Shown here one piece after another: positions 1-11,217 of a stretch of 64,000 bases of DNA. The notes below the pieces were generated by a model, which saw only the letters and a list, made by a program, of their open reading frames with translations, made no database searches and was not told where the DNA came from. Origin of the DNA: an uncultured Acidobacteriota bacterium (lineage in GTDB: Bacteria; Acidobacteriota; UBA6911); contig CAWEJX010000012.1 in NCBI GenBank assembly GCA_963809485.1, positions 128,001 through 192,000 on the forward strand, given 5' to 3'. Position 1 is the first letter of the stretch. Each line of letters begins with the position of its first letter. Both the position numbers and the translations under genes were made by a program.

Positions 1-551
1 GCAAATCCTTTTTCAATATCCCCAAACTTGATAGGAGGCTGCCTCGTCTTATTGTTCGACTTGGGATTTGTGTCCGGGCGCATTATTGGAGCGCCCGGCT
101 TCAACGCTTCCTCAGGGTCCAGGATGACCGGCAGTTCTTCTATCTCGAGTTCTATCAGCCGCAATGCCCGGTCTACTATCGCCTCGCTTTCGCCTACCAC
201 CACAGCTCCCATCATCCCCGGATACCAGTGGTTCGTGTCGGAGACAAGCGCTTGGCCTTGATACTTAGGCCAGGTTATCGTGGGGTCATCATATCGGAGT
301 ACCGCTCGGACTCCGGGGAAAGCCTCGGCCTTGCTGGTATCCAGGCGTTTGATCTTAGCGTGGCCGTGGGGGGATCTAAGAAACTTCGCATATAGCATCC
401 CCGGACGGTATATATCCCGGGTATACACTGCGCTTCCGCTCGCTTTTTCGTAACCATCCAGACGGCGTATGCGGCGTTTCCCGATCACACCGCCTTCCGG
501 CACCGGCCAAAGCCACGGATATAAGGGTTCTCCCTCTTTTAGACCGTACAT
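1..551 (-). CDS. Xanthine dehydrogenase family molybdopterin-binding large subunit, clade 1; N-terminal part, runs off window start
   Basis: ATG at 551 with GAGGAG RBS. Reads MYGLKEGEPLYPWLWPVP..DGYEKASGSAVYTRDIYRPGMLYAKFLRSPH, near-identical to the N-terminus of 14120..16468. Absent from the ORF track because there is no stop in the window. Confidence 0.9.
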   Translation of the reverse strand, partial: MYGLKEGEPLYPWLWPVPEGGVIGKRRIRRLDGYEKASGSAVYTRDIYRPGMLYAKFLRSPHGHAKIKRLDTSKAEAFPGVRAVLRYDDPTITWPKYQGQALVSDTNHWYPGMMGAVVVGESEAIVDRALRLIELEIEELPVILDPEEALKPGAPIMRPDTNPKSNNKTRQPPIKFGDIEKGF

Positions 552-562
552 TTTCTCCTCCT

Positions 563-1225
563 CTAGGCGTTCCCGATGACTTCCTTAATCGCTATGATGT
601 GTTGTGTATAGGTGCCGCACCGGCATATGTTGCCCCCCAGCGCGTCCCTCATATCCGCTTCAGTCGGCTTGGGAATACGGTCCAGCAGCGCCTTGGCCGT
701 TACCACAAATCCCGGCGTGCAGTAGCCGCACTGCATGCAATGGTTCAGAACGTAAGCCTCGATGAGTTGCGGATTGTTAATGGCAACACCTTCTGCCGTC
801 TCTATGGCCATGCCGTCACAATCCGCCGCAAACGTCATGCAGGAAAGCACCGGCCGCCCGTTCATAATCACCGTGCACGATCCGCAGGCCCCGTAACCGT
901 TGCACATATCTTTGATGGATATAAAGCCCAGCTGATCGCGAAGCACATCGCGCAGCATCCATTCCGGCTCGACCCGGAGCTCATACTTATGCTTGTTCAC
1001 GGTGAATTTTATCGTTTGGGCAGCTGCCGAGGCGGCCGGCGCGACGGTGCCCGCCGGAGCGGCACCGGCTCGACTCGCCGCCTGGGGATCAGCGGCAACC
1101 ACAGTGGCGCCGGCTCCGGTACCGAGGATGGCTACAGAGCTGACAGCAAATTCCCGGCGCGACATCGGTCCCAACCCTGTTCTTTCACATTCTTCGCTTT
1201 TCTTTTTTTCTTCCTCTTTCGACAT
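563..1225 (-). CDS. Tat-exported 2x[2Fe-2S] small subunit of Mo hydroxylase (PaoA/CoxS-like)
   Basis: SRREF twin-arginine signal; CNGYGACGSC..LSC and QCGYCTPG..ICRC motifs. Confidence 0.93.
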   Translation of the reverse strand: MSKEEEKKKSEECERTGLGPMSRREFAVSSVAILGTGAGATVVAADPQAASRAGAAPAGTVAPAASAAAQTIKFTVNKHKYELRVEPEWMLRDVLRDQLGFISIKDMCNGYGACGSCTVIMNGRPVLSCMTFAADCDGMAIETAEGVAINNPQLIEAYVLNHCMQCGYCTPGFVVTAKALLDRIPKPTEADMRDALGGNICRCGTYTQHIIAIKEVIGNA

Positions 1226-1542
1226 TGCGCACTCTCCCTGATAATTCCTGCCTTTTTATCCCCCCAAACCGAAGCTATTGCCAGGGATCCTTTGTCTAAA
1301 TTCAGCAGTTGTAATCAACGCCTGATCTCGCATCGGCTCGCATTCCCCGTAACAGTGCGAAGGCACTCCATGATTCCATTCCGATTATTTGCACTTGACG
1401 ATGAACAATTGTAAGGCGGGCGGACAAACGCGATAGATGCACACATCACCTGGCCTCAAAATCCATTTGAAAATATCGGCCGTCTATAATGGCACGCCTG
1501 AAAGCACAAAGTGGTTCTCTATTACCTGTTTAGCCGTGGCAT

Positions 1543-1585
1543 TGTCAAGATAATTGTTTTATAAAATGCAACATTCCCCTTGATA
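1543..1585. promoter_or_regulatory. Palindromic operator (1555-1573) flanked by leftward TTGACA and rightward TTGATA, each 6 bp away
   Basis: TGTCAA-gataat-TGTTTTATAAAATGCAACA-ttcccc-TTGATA; homologous to 33348..33390. Confidence 0.7.
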
Positions 1586-1616
1586 ACGGAAAAGTTGAAC
1601 CGCCATAAGGTTTCAA

Positions 1617-1801
1617 GTCAGGCACCTCCGGCAAAGCCGGCTTGAAAGATTGGAACCGCTCAAAGCGGTTGGACTAGTTACGCTGGTCTTGAACGCTGGC
1701 TTAGGCGGGCAAAAGCCGATGAGGCGCTTCCGATCCCCCGCCGAACAAATCGGCGTTTGTCAGCGCTTCTGTCGGCGTATCTCAGCGTTTCAAAATGCGG
1801 A
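1617..1801 (-). mobile_element. Non-autonomous IS200/IS605-like element copy A, left end missing
   Basis: Shares GTCAGGCACCTCCGGCAAAGCCGG..GAACCGCTCAAAGCGGTT..CAGCGTTTCAAAAT with the other copies. Confidence 0.75.
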
Positions 1802-1879
1802 AGCGCGCCTGCCGGATAAAATCCCATTCCGCGCTCTCCGGCTGCACGGATCCGCGCATAGCAAAACGCCAGTCTTTTA

Positions 1880-2842
1880 CTACTCCCAGCCGCTTGGCGA
1901 GTTGTATGGTGCGACAACGCCTATGGCCTCGATTTCATGAATCTGGCCACCCCAGATTTTGAAGATATGCATCGCCAGCGTATCAAAGGGATTGTAGGAT
2001 CTATCGACCGTCTCACGCCCCGGATCATTAAGTATTCTAAATTGTTTTTTCTCCATCGCGTGACGAAAGTCGGAAAAGCCGAGCGCCAGCCCAGTCTTTT
2101 CATCGGCGATCTCGACTCGGCGACTGACAATCTCGGTGATGTATTCGAACGTTTGCATGTCGATTTGGCTCCTGCAATCGATCATTCCCGAGAGCCCGAT
2201 CGGCCGTTGGACTGCGCCGGGAATGTCGGGTCCGCTCAACGGACCGCCGGACGGCGCGGTGCGCAACCCATTCTCGTGACGATCGCAATCAGAGGCGAAG
2301 GGCGCAAGCGAACCGTTGTTCAGATCCACTGCATCGTAATAGGACTTGGCGATGTGAATCAGCCGGCCGCGCGAGTCGGCATATTCATAGGGTATTTCCA
2401 TCGGGATGGCAGGACGAACCTTGTTCAATGTCGCCGGAAGCTCGCCGCCGCGCGGGATGGCAATCAAGTGTTCGGCTTCGATGATCATGCCGTCAGCCAA
2501 CTTCAGCCGGAAACCAACCTGCGCAGGTTTCCCTTCGGACTGCATGATGACCATGCCGCCGACTTGCTGCGATAGGGGATCTGGTACGACAATTTTGAAC
2601 TCCGTCGGACCGGCCGATGCCGTTTTCCAGAGACCTTCTCCCGGCCGGATACGCTTTGCGTTTTCAACCATCCTGACACCGCTGCTCAAGGGCGCATTCT
2701 GGGGATCGTGTGCCGCCAGCGCAGCTATGTATTTATCCGCCAGCGCCATCAGGCACGTACGGTCGCAATCGGCCGCATATGCGGTTGCCATACTGAAAAT
2801 CAACAGTGCGGCTCTTCCCAGTACTGAATATACGAATCGCAT
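1880..2842 (-). CDS. Secreted hypothetical protein, probably with two NTF2/SnoaL-like halves
   Basis: GGAGG RBS before ATG 2842; signal peptide ending AYA; CDRTCL..YIAALAAHDP, CDRHENG and HIFKIWGGQIHEIEA motifs. Confidence 0.8.
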   Translation of the reverse strand: MRFVYSVLGRAALLIFSMATAYAADCDRTCLMALADKYIAALAAHDPQNAPLSSGVRMVENAKRIRPGEGLWKTASAGPTEFKIVVPDPLSQQVGGMVIMQSEGKPAQVGFRLKLADGMIIEAEHLIAIPRGGELPATLNKVRPAIPMEIPYEYADSRGRLIHIAKSYYDAVDLNNGSLAPFASDCDRHENGLRTAPSGGPLSGPDIPGAVQRPIGLSGMIDCRSQIDMQTFEYITEIVSRRVEIADEKTGLALGFSDFRHAMEKKQFRILNDPGRETVDRSYNPFDTLAMHIFKIWGGQIHEIEAIGVVAPYNSPSGWE

Positions 2843-2952
2843 AGCATCCTCCAAGCCTTCGGGTTATCCGCAGCTTTCTATGACGCTCTCAATGTCGAAC
2901 GCTTTCTGCGCAAAAGGTTCTGTAAGATCAGCCTCAAAAGACGGTGATCGTC

Positions 2953-4533
2953 TTAAGCCCAGGGCTTCTCGGCAACAACGCGTTCGCCCGCAATGCGTCC
3001 GAAAGCGACACACTCACCAAAGTTGCCCGTCCCCTGGTAGCCGAAGCTGAATATGGAGCCAAGCTCCCCGGCGGAGTACAGTCTTGGGATGGGCTTACGA
3101 TTCGTATCCAACACTTGAGCGCGACCGTTGTGTCGCGGCCCCCCCAAAGTGTTAACGAAGGCGGGCACCAGCTCCATGGCATAATAGGGTGGAGTTTGTA
3201 TCGGGATCAGTCGTTCCTTCGGCCTGCCGAATTCCGAGTCGCTACCTGCCGCACAAGACCGATTCCATGTAGCCAGAGTCTTTTCCAGAATGTCCGGATT
3301 TTTCCCCATTTTTGAGGCCAGCTCGCGTATGGTATCGCCCTTGAGAATCCAGCCCTTCTGCAATTCCACGCTGCTGTCGGCGCTCCATTTATATTTTTCA
3401 ATCACTCCGTGCCAGCACCAAAATTCATCAGCCCGGTAAAGCGGGCCACTATTTCTCCCGACCTCATCAAAAACCGCGTGTACTGGCAAGGGCGGGGGAA
3501 GATGAACGTAGGTACCGTGGTAGGCTACCTTGCCGTGTTTGCCAGGTTGGTTTTCGTTGACGAACCTTGTTGCGTCACTGGCAGCAAAAATGTATCCCCC
3601 GGCAGACAGGGTGAATCCGGCGCCAAAGGCCCATTCACAGCCTGGAGCTTTAAAACTAAGAACTGTACCGCACATATTAGCCATGTGCCAAAGGTCGGCG
3701 CCCACGGCCTGAGCCATTCTTATACCGTCACCGGTGTTATAGGGGCTGCCAAATGGGTATGCGTACGGCAGCAGAAGGTAGTCACGGATCATCTCCTGAT
3801 TGTTTTCGTACCCGCCGGTACACAGGATCACACCCTTTTTCGCTTTAACATATACCTTTTTACCTTGTCTTTCCGCGATTACACCATGGATTTCCCTGCT
3901 CTTATAATCCTGGACCAATTCAATTCCAGGCGTTTCATACATGATCTTTACTTGCCTCTTGTCGACGGCTTCTTTGAGCATCTTCCAGAGCCTGGAGTAT
4001 CCCCACCCCTCTGCGGAGCCGCACATATAGCCGCTTCCGGATCCAGGCAACTCAGGAAATTCTGCCTGGGCCGTTCCGGAAGTGCGCTGACTGATTTTTC
4101 CGCTGCATGTTTTTTTCAGCCATTCGAAGCTCTTTGTGGTGTATTCATGATAGGCCTGAAATACTTCATCGGGGACTGGATATCGGCCATTGAGCGCCTT
4201 TTGATAAGTAAGGGCTTCATCGAGGTTGGGCGGACACCAAACACCCTGCATGCTTACCCTGCTGTTGCCTCCCGCGTGAGCTTCGGATGCCTTCTCGAGG
4301 ATCAGCACGTCGGCGCCCAGATCACGGGCAGCTATGGCTGAACTAAGGCCGGCTCCCCCTATTCCCAGCACAACGACCTCCGTCTCATGGTCCCATTTCG
4401 AAACCTGACTTTGCTGGGCCGCCGCTGCTTCTCTCGAACCGGCGCCGGCCAGAGCGGCCGAGCCTGCGCTGACTGCTGCTGTTTGTATAAAATTCCTCCT
4501 TGTGAGACGATTTCTTTTCCTTTCAGCTTTCAT
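2953..4533 (-). CDS. Tat-exported FAD-binding oxidoreductase (fumarate reductase/3-ketosteroid dehydrogenase flavoprotein superfamily)
   Basis: TRRNF Tat motif; GIGGAG, AGGNS, LCTGGYE, NTGDG, RLYSAGE, FGRIAG motifs. Confidence 0.92.
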   Translation of the reverse strand: MKAERKRNRLTRRNFIQTAAVSAGSAALAGAGSREAAAAQQSQVSKWDHETEVVVLGIGGAGLSSAIAARDLGADVLILEKASEAHAGGNSRVSMQGVWCPPNLDEALTYQKALNGRYPVPDEVFQAYHEYTTKSFEWLKKTCSGKISQRTSGTAQAEFPELPGSGSGYMCGSAEGWGYSRLWKMLKEAVDKRQVKIMYETPGIELVQDYKSREIHGVIAERQGKKVYVKAKKGVILCTGGYENNQEMIRDYLLLPYAYPFGSPYNTGDGIRMAQAVGADLWHMANMCGTVLSFKAPGCEWAFGAGFTLSAGGYIFAASDATRFVNENQPGKHGKVAYHGTYVHLPPPLPVHAVFDEVGRNSGPLYRADEFWCWHGVIEKYKWSADSSVELQKGWILKGDTIRELASKMGKNPDILEKTLATWNRSCAAGSDSEFGRPKERLIPIQTPPYYAMELVPAFVNTLGGPRHNGRAQVLDTNRKPIPRLYSAGELGSIFSFGYQGTGNFGECVAFGRIAGERVVAEKPWA

Positions 4534-4822
4534 AAGCTTTTCTCCCATTGGAAGTCTCCTGTGGCAATCGGGCTGTTATGCTGTCTATTATGTGTGTATT
4601 ACAAATGGAATGATAGGAAATTGTTTTTGACGGTGTTGGGAAAACATCCGCGAATTATCACAGATTGGGGAGGGGAGGCTGTTGCTGCGTATGGGATAAT
4701 GTGTCCGCAGGAATTGAACCTGCACTAAGGCAGCGATGGGGCAGGCAATATATTGAATTTACTGCTTTGAGACTCCCCTATTATGTGGCAAAAATAGGAA
4801 ATCTCAAGAGGTGGGAGGCTGC

Positions 4823-6136
4823 ATGCGAAAATGGTTAACCCGACCCTCAATGCATGTTTTGGCGGCAGTTGTATTTGCAGGCTGTCTTTGGGCGAACTGG
4901 CCGCAGTGGCGTGGGCCCGAATCGAACGGCACGGCGCCGAAAGCCCACGACCTTCCCGTAACATGGTCCGATTCCCGAAACATCCTGTGGCGGACAAAGC
5001 TGCCAGGCTGGAGCGCAGCCACGCCCGCTGTCTGGCAGGATAGGATCTTCGTAACCTCCGCCGAGGAAGGATCTCCGCGCCTGCGCAGCGAAAACCCCGG
5101 GGATGCAGCACGCGACAAAATTTTCCTGATTGCGATAAACCGGAAAGATGGTTCTATTCGATGGCAGTGTCAGATCGACTCCGGCAATAGGCTCTTCCGG
5201 AAACAGAATTCTGCCTCACCTTCTCCGATAACGGATGGCAGCCGGGTTTGGATTATGACGGGCAACGGCAAGCTCATCTGTCTCACGCTGGATGGGAAGG
5301 AGATCTGGAAACGTGATATCCAGGCTGAGTATGGTAAATTCGGTCTCAATCATGGGTACGCCTCGACGCCGCTGCTCCACGGCGGGCGGCTCTACGTCCA
5401 GGTTTTGCACGGGATGCTTACTGACGACCCGTCCTATGTATTTGCTGTGGATAAAAATACAGGCAAGACGCTATGGAAGTCGAACCGTCCCACTGACGCC
5501 AGTAAGGAGTCCCCCGACAATTATGCGACTCCGCAGATGGCGAAGGTGGAAGGGAAACTGCAACTCGTGATCTCCGGCGCCGATTATGTGACCGGCCACG
5601 ATCCGGATACTGGAAAAGAGCTATGGCGGATCGGCGGCTTCAATCCAGCAAACAATCCCGCCAATCGTACCGTCGCATCCTCTCTTGTGATCGGAGAGAA
5701 CGTGTTTACGCCAAGCACGAGAGGCCGTCCGTTCATTGCCTTCCGCGCCGGAGGTTCAGGCAACATCACCGGGAAGAGTGAACTCTGGACCAACAACCTG
5801 GCGGCTGACGTGCCGACGCCGACCACCGACGGCAAATACATTTATGCCCTCGGGGACAACGGGATCATGAACTGCATCGAAGCAGCAACCGGCAGCGTCG
5901 TTTATCAGGGGAAGCGTATCGAGAATGGAACCTACAGCGCGTCTCCTCTCCTGGCGGACGGCAAGATCTATTGTGTTAGCGAAGACGGCACGACTACTGT
6001 CGTGAGGGCCGGGCTTGCGTTTGAGATCTTGGGTGTGAACAAGTTGGACGGCCTGACGCTAGCCAGCCCGGTGGCTGTGGACAATCAGATCTTCATTCGA
6101 ACCGCCGACTATCTCTACTGTATTCAACAAATATAG
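4823..6136 (+). CDS. Secreted PQQ-binding-like (BamB-type) beta-propeller protein
   Basis: Signal peptide then NWPQWRGP; repeated TGK..W, ASP and YSASP propeller repeats. Confidence 0.88.
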   Translation: MRKWLTRPSMHVLAAVVFAGCLWANWPQWRGPESNGTAPKAHDLPVTWSDSRNILWRTKLPGWSAATPAVWQDRIFVTSAEEGSPRLRSENPGDAARDKIFLIAINRKDGSIRWQCQIDSGNRLFRKQNSASPSPITDGSRVWIMTGNGKLICLTLDGKEIWKRDIQAEYGKFGLNHGYASTPLLHGGRLYVQVLHGMLTDDPSYVFAVDKNTGKTLWKSNRPTDASKESPDNYATPQMAKVEGKLQLVISGADYVTGHDPDTGKELWRIGGFNPANNPANRTVASSLVIGENVFTPSTRGRPFIAFRAGGSGNITGKSELWTNNLAADVPTPTTDGKYIYALGDNGIMNCIEAATGSVVYQGKRIENGTYSASPLLADGKIYCVSEDGTTTVVRAGLAFEILGVNKLDGLTLASPVAVDNQIFIRTADYLYCIQQI

Positions 6137-6785
6137 CGGGGCGCGCACCTATGGAGGATGTTCGTGACGCGCAGCATCGATCGGTATGCACTGCATGGCG
6201 GGTAAGCCTGCAGATGCAAGGAGCTCTTGCCGACGGCTTCCGATCCATCTTTCAGCAATTCCATTCTGCCATGGACTTAAAGGGCTCGTGCGTTTGGGGT
6301 TTATGCCACTTGACTCCAGCAATTCCATTGCTATCCAAAACCTGTAACATATTGTAAAATCAAACTGTTATAAACAGATCGGCAACGGTGGATGTCAGAA
6401 AGCTACATAATGCCTTATCAGAAACAGTGTAGAAGGCATCCGCGGACCGGAATAGCCGCCTGCCAGGCGAAACGGCAGCTTGAACTTCCTATCTCTCTTT
6501 GGCCAAAGGAAAGCCGGGAGATAAGGTCTACGATCTGATAAGGAAGATCAATTTCCTGCGTTCTCGTGGAACGGTTCCATTCGGTATCCCGCCGCAAACG
6601 CAGTCCCCTCAAAACCACGATTGACGGGGACGTTGCATTCCGGCGATTCGGCGGAGAGATGGATTGTCGTCCTTGTGGCACGTAACGATACAAAACCATT
6701 CACGGCATTTCGGGCGGATGTCCGCCTTTTCAGTCGTAGCGGAATCGGTCCTTCTTTTCGACTTTACTGACCAGCGAGGTTTGGT

Positions 6786-8504
6786 ATGCGTTTCGGAAAA
6801 TTTCTGATATTGTGCTTCCTCGAATTGAGTCTATTTCCACTGCATGCTCAGGAACCCAAAGTTACTGTAATGAACCCGCTGGGAACTCCCCCTCCGATCC
6901 GGCTGGTTCCCATGGCGCCGCGACTCGATACGCTCGACGGCAAGACCGTGTATTTTGTCGATTCGCGCTATGTGGGAGGAGATATCTTCCTGAAGGAGAT
7001 GATGTCCTGGTTTTCCGTGAACATGCCCAAAGTTAAGCTTGAATTCAGGCAGAAGGCCGGCGCCTACGCGGAAAGCGATCCCCAGTTGTGGGACGAGATC
7101 CGGCAAAAAGGGGATGCTGTAATTATGGCGATCGGGCATTGAAGTACCTGCACGCCGGCGGTCGTCGGCCATTGTCTCGAGCTCGAGAAACTCGGCAAGC
7201 CCACTGCGCCTGTTGTTACGAACAGCTTTGTGGCGTTGGCAAGAGGCAATGCCCATAAGCGCGGCATGCCGGGAGAACGTTTCACCTTTGTTCCGCACCC
7301 TGTCTTCGGGAAGACGCCGCAGGAAATGCGGCGCGATATTGAAGGGAAGGATCCGGTCACGGGAAGACCGGTCATGCAGGAAATCGTGGAAGCCCTGACC
7401 AAGCCGCTGACTGCGGAAGAAAGGAAGGATGGATTCCTGCAGAGGCCGCCAAATCCCCGGTTCCTTCCCCCCGATACTGCGGACAACCTGCAGCGATATT
7501 TTCACGAACATGGAATGACGGACTATCTCCCGGTCATTCTTCCTACCGGGGAAAAGGTAGCCGCCATGCTCAAGGGAACCAGTCATGACCGCAACGAGGT
7601 GGTTGGAAAAATGGCGGGAGGCGCGTTCGACCCCTGGGAATACACGGTGGAACAGGTGGCCGTGAATGCCGTCATGGCCGGTGCGCGGCCGGAATACTTG
7701 CCGGTTATCCTCGCACTGGCATCTAGCGGGCAGGCATCGCTGTACAGTTCCACAAACTCATTCGCATATTCCGTGGTGGTCAACGGGACGATTCGCGACG
7801 AGATAAAAATGCACTACAGGGTCGGAGCGATGGGGCCGTTCAGCCAGGCGAACGCAACGATTGGAAGAGCATGGACTTTGATGTCGAGAAACCTGGCAAA
7901 CGGAGGCATCGTCGGAGAGACATACCTTGGGTCCACCGGGAACAATCTGAATTACAACAATCTCGTTGTCGCCGAGAATGAAGCGGACAGTCCGTGGAAT
8001 TCACTGAGTGTGCAATTAGGATACAAACCGGGGGAGAGCGTCATCAGCATCTTTACCGGTTTGGGAATGCAGCCGGGACAATTTGCGAAGGGGGGCGGCA
8101 TTTCGGTAAAGCCTCGGTATGACGAACAGTTTCTGAGCGTAATAAGCAATTTCACTACGCTGTTTGGAGCTTTGGTAGTCTGTGATCCCCTCATTGCCAA
8201 GGCTCTCAAGGAACAGGGCTACGATACAAAAGAAAAGCTGATTGACTGGCTTTATAAAAATGCCGTCCATACGGTGCGGGAATATAAGGACGCCAGTTTT
8301 GTGCTGACATTTGATCTTCCTCGAGCTCAGAAGGGCGTTGAGCCCTTCGCCTCGTGGTTCAAGCTGCCGGATGACGCAAAAATTCCAATCTTTATAAAGC
8401 CGTCGGATCTCTCGATTGTGGTGGCAGGCGGCCAGACGCAGGCCAGGTTCCAAGCGGGGAATCTACGCTATACGGCGAGTTTTTCTGTTGACAAATGGAG
8501 ATAA
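6786..8504 (+). CDS. Secreted UGSC-like selenoprotein 1 (572 aa), Sec at TGA 7140-7142
   Basis: ORFs 6786..7142 and 7230..8504 are in the same frame. Readthrough gives AIGH-U-STC-TPAVVGHCLELEKLGKP. C-terminal domain has TDYLPVILPT and AVNAVMAGARPEYLPV. Signal peptide ends LHA. Confidence 0.88.
7154..7169 (+). promoter_or_regulatory. Candidate bacterial SECIS hairpin
   Basis: GCCGGC-GGTC-GTCGGC; G-initiated loop starts 17 nt after the UGA. Confidence 0.65.
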
Positions 8505-8535
8505 GTGTCCTGAGGAGCTTTGTTCAGACGCATTC

Positions 8536-8850
8536 TCACGGCCAGGTCCATGGTTTGATTGGGGCCGCATTTCTGCCGGCTATGCGCCCGAATGCGCTCG
8601 CGTCCCAAACGTTGCCATCGGTGACGCTATAGGTTCTGCCGCAGATTGAACCTATAGCGCCGGCTAAGAACTGTCGTAGGACAGGGGTCAGATCAGGATT
8701 CAATACCTCGGATCTGGGGCAGAACGAGGCGGACCGCCGTGGGTGCAGACGCCACCCGGTCCCGGTGCTTTGGCAAAGGTGTAATAGGGCGGAGCGTTCC
8801 CCAGAAGCAGACTCGACGCCGGCCGTTTGTGTTCCCAAGGCATTGCTCCA
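8536..8850 (-). pseudogene. Decayed C-terminal fragment of an FAD flavoprotein paralog
   Basis: Across frames: AGVESASG, PPYY, CTHGGP, EVLNPD..AGAIGS..AFGRIAGRNAAPIKPW, colinear with the C-termini of intact paralogs. Confidence 0.75.
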
Positions 8851-9071
8851 GGCACAGCCCTATGGTTTGGCCGGGCAACGGCAGCCGGAGAAAAAATTCT
8901 ATGAAGCGGCCGTGAAGGTTTCTACAGCAAAGCTGCGGCAGCAACTGTTCACCGTTGGGAATTTTTCTTCCTTACATGCCCTCAGGAGAATTTGGGCAGT
9001 TTTCCGACTAGCCCTATGCTATCCTGCTCCCATCACACAAAAAGCAAATTACTATCTCCAGGAGGTCAGGT

Positions 9072-11087
9072 ATGAAAAGCAAAAGCAATTTGCTGGCGAT
9101 GATTTCACTGATCTTTGTGTTTCTTCTGGGTCTGGCGAGCTTCGCTACTGGCGTCGCGCCTGCAAATCATGGAAATAAGGTAAAGCCGGGACAGTTTGTC
9201 ATCGGAGATCCAACTCTTATTTGCCTTGGATTTGAATGGAACATTGAGGGCGATGATAACCGTAATGCGGCGGTTGCGGTCCAATACCGCAAAAAAGCGA
9301 CGACCGCCTGGAAAGAAGGGTTGCCCCTTCTGCGCCTCCAAAATGAGGAAGCGGGCGGGAGCTTTATTCGCGATTTTGTAGGTCCCAACATGTTTGCGGG
9401 AAGCATACTGGATTTGGAACCTGATACGGAGTATGAGTGCAAATTTCAGATGTCCGATCCGGACGGCGTGGATGGAACCAAGCAAAAAATGGTCACGGTG
9501 CGAACACGTCCGGAACCGAAACCTTTCGCGGGCGGACGGATCCTGCACGCGTACCCCATGAATTACAAAGGCGCCAAAGATAAGCAGGTCTTTTCGGGCC
9601 TGGTATCGGCTTACGGGGCGGCTGAACCCGGCGATACTATCCTGATACATGCCGGCGTCTATCAGAGTGATCGCGCCAGCTATAATTCCCGAATGAGAAG
9701 CGGAGTCGGATCAGACGGATTTGGAACGACCAGGCTTACCAAGAGCGGCACGGCTGAGAAGCCTATTGTGATAAAGGGCGCAGGGGATGGCGAGGTCATT
9801 TTCGACGGTGGCGGCTGTTCTATTCTCTTCGATGTGATGGGAGCAGATTATTTGTACTTCGAGGGTCTCACCTTCCGCAATGCCGATGTGGCTATTTACA
9901 CGGGTGTAAAGAACGTGATTGGCAGCAGCGGATTGACAGTCCGAAAATGCCGCTTTGAGAACGTATGCATGGCCATCTGGGGAACATACCAGGCATCAAA
10001 AAATTATTACATCGCTGACAACGTGCTCATCGGCCGATTCAATCCGAAGGCACTGATGGGGGAGTTTGGGGGTGACTTTATTCCGTATAAAACACTGCCC
10101 GGCTGGCCCATGAAAATAAACGGCCCCAATGGCTCCTACTACGCGGTCACGGTGGCGGGGCAGGGGCACGTCCTGTGCTACAACCGTGTTGAGAACTTCT
10201 GGGATGGGACGTGCGTCGATCAGGGAGGAAGCCTTTCGTTCCCGGGAAAGCCGGGGGGGCCGCATGCCAATATCGACTTCTACAATAACTACTATTGCAA
10301 TATTTACGACAATCCTGTCGAAGTCGACACCGGCACTCACAACATCCGCTTTATGCGCAACCTTTGCCTCAATAGCGGACATGCCGCCTTGAGCGCACAG
10401 CCTATTTATGGCGGACCGGCGTACTTTATACGGAATATCGTTTACCATGCCCCGGACCGGGGAGCTATAAAGATGTATGACCGGCCGGCAGGCGTGATTA
10501 TGTATCACAACACATACTGTGCCGAAGTTTACGCTGGGCAACCCTCCGCCAATTTAAACGGCCGCGAAGGCGCTTCGAACTTGCATTTCCGTAACAACCT
10601 CATGCTGGGAGAAAGCCCCATTTCAATGAGGAATTACCGTACCAACAGGGAATTTGGCGGTATTTACTTTATGGATACTTACACTTCCTATACAACCTCT
10701 GACTATAACGGGTTCCGTCCCAATGAAGGGTATGAGGCCCAATTCATGTGGCTTTCCCCTGCCGGTGGCGCAGTGCGCGACTATAAAAATCCCAGGGAGG
10801 TGCATTCCTTTAAAACTCTCCAGGAGCTCTGCAAGACACTAGGGCAGGAGTGCCATGGGATAATGGTAGACTACGATATATTTGAGAACGTGAAAAAGGC
10901 GGATTTAAAGGAATTTTCAAGGGTATATACACGCGATGAACTGGATTTCCGGCTTAAGCCGAATGCCGTCGCTGTTGATGCGGGGTGCGTCCTTCCCGGC
11001 GTTAACGATGGCTTTGCCGGGAAGGCTCCTGATCTTGGGGCATTGGAGGTTGGGCTGCCCCTGCCAATATGGGGACCACGGCCGTAA
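9072..11087 (+). CDS. Secreted right-handed parallel beta-helix protein with N-terminal FN3-like domain
   Basis: Signal peptide; PTLICLGFEW..GDDNRNA, PGDTILIHAGVY, SGTAEKPIVIKGAG; C-terminal DFRL..AVDAG..APDLGALE. Confidence 0.88.
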   Translation: MKSKSNLLAMISLIFVFLLGLASFATGVAPANHGNKVKPGQFVIGDPTLICLGFEWNIEGDDNRNAAVAVQYRKKATTAWKEGLPLLRLQNEEAGGSFIRDFVGPNMFAGSILDLEPDTEYECKFQMSDPDGVDGTKQKMVTVRTRPEPKPFAGGRILHAYPMNYKGAKDKQVFSGLVSAYGAAEPGDTILIHAGVYQSDRASYNSRMRSGVGSDGFGTTRLTKSGTAEKPIVIKGAGDGEVIFDGGGCSILFDVMGADYLYFEGLTFRNADVAIYTGVKNVIGSSGLTVRKCRFENVCMAIWGTYQASKNYYIADNVLIGRFNPKALMGEFGGDFIPYKTLPGWPMKINGPNGSYYAVTVAGQGHVLCYNRVENFWDGTCVDQGGSLSFPGKPGGPHANIDFYNNYYCNIYDNPVEVDTGTHNIRFMRNLCLNSGHAALSAQPIYGGPAYFIRNIVYHAPDRGAIKMYDRPAGVIMYHNTYCAEVYAGQPSANLNGREGASNLHFRNNLMLGESPISMRNYRTNREFGGIYFMDTYTSYTTSDYNGFRPNEGYEAQFMWLSPAGGAVRDYKNPREVHSFKTLQELCKTLGQECHGIMVDYDIFENVKKADLKEFSRVYTRDELDFRLKPNAVAVDAGCVLPGVNDGFAGKAPDLGALEVGLPLPIWGPRP

Positions 11088-11217
11088 TCAGCCCGAAAGG
11101 AATTGCGAGCTCTTGGATCGAACGAGCGGTTCATCGATGATCCGGCGAATTGCGGAGGCACTGAGTGGGACCGATATCCTCGAAGGGAGTGTGCGCAAGG
11201 TAGGAAACAGGAATCGA

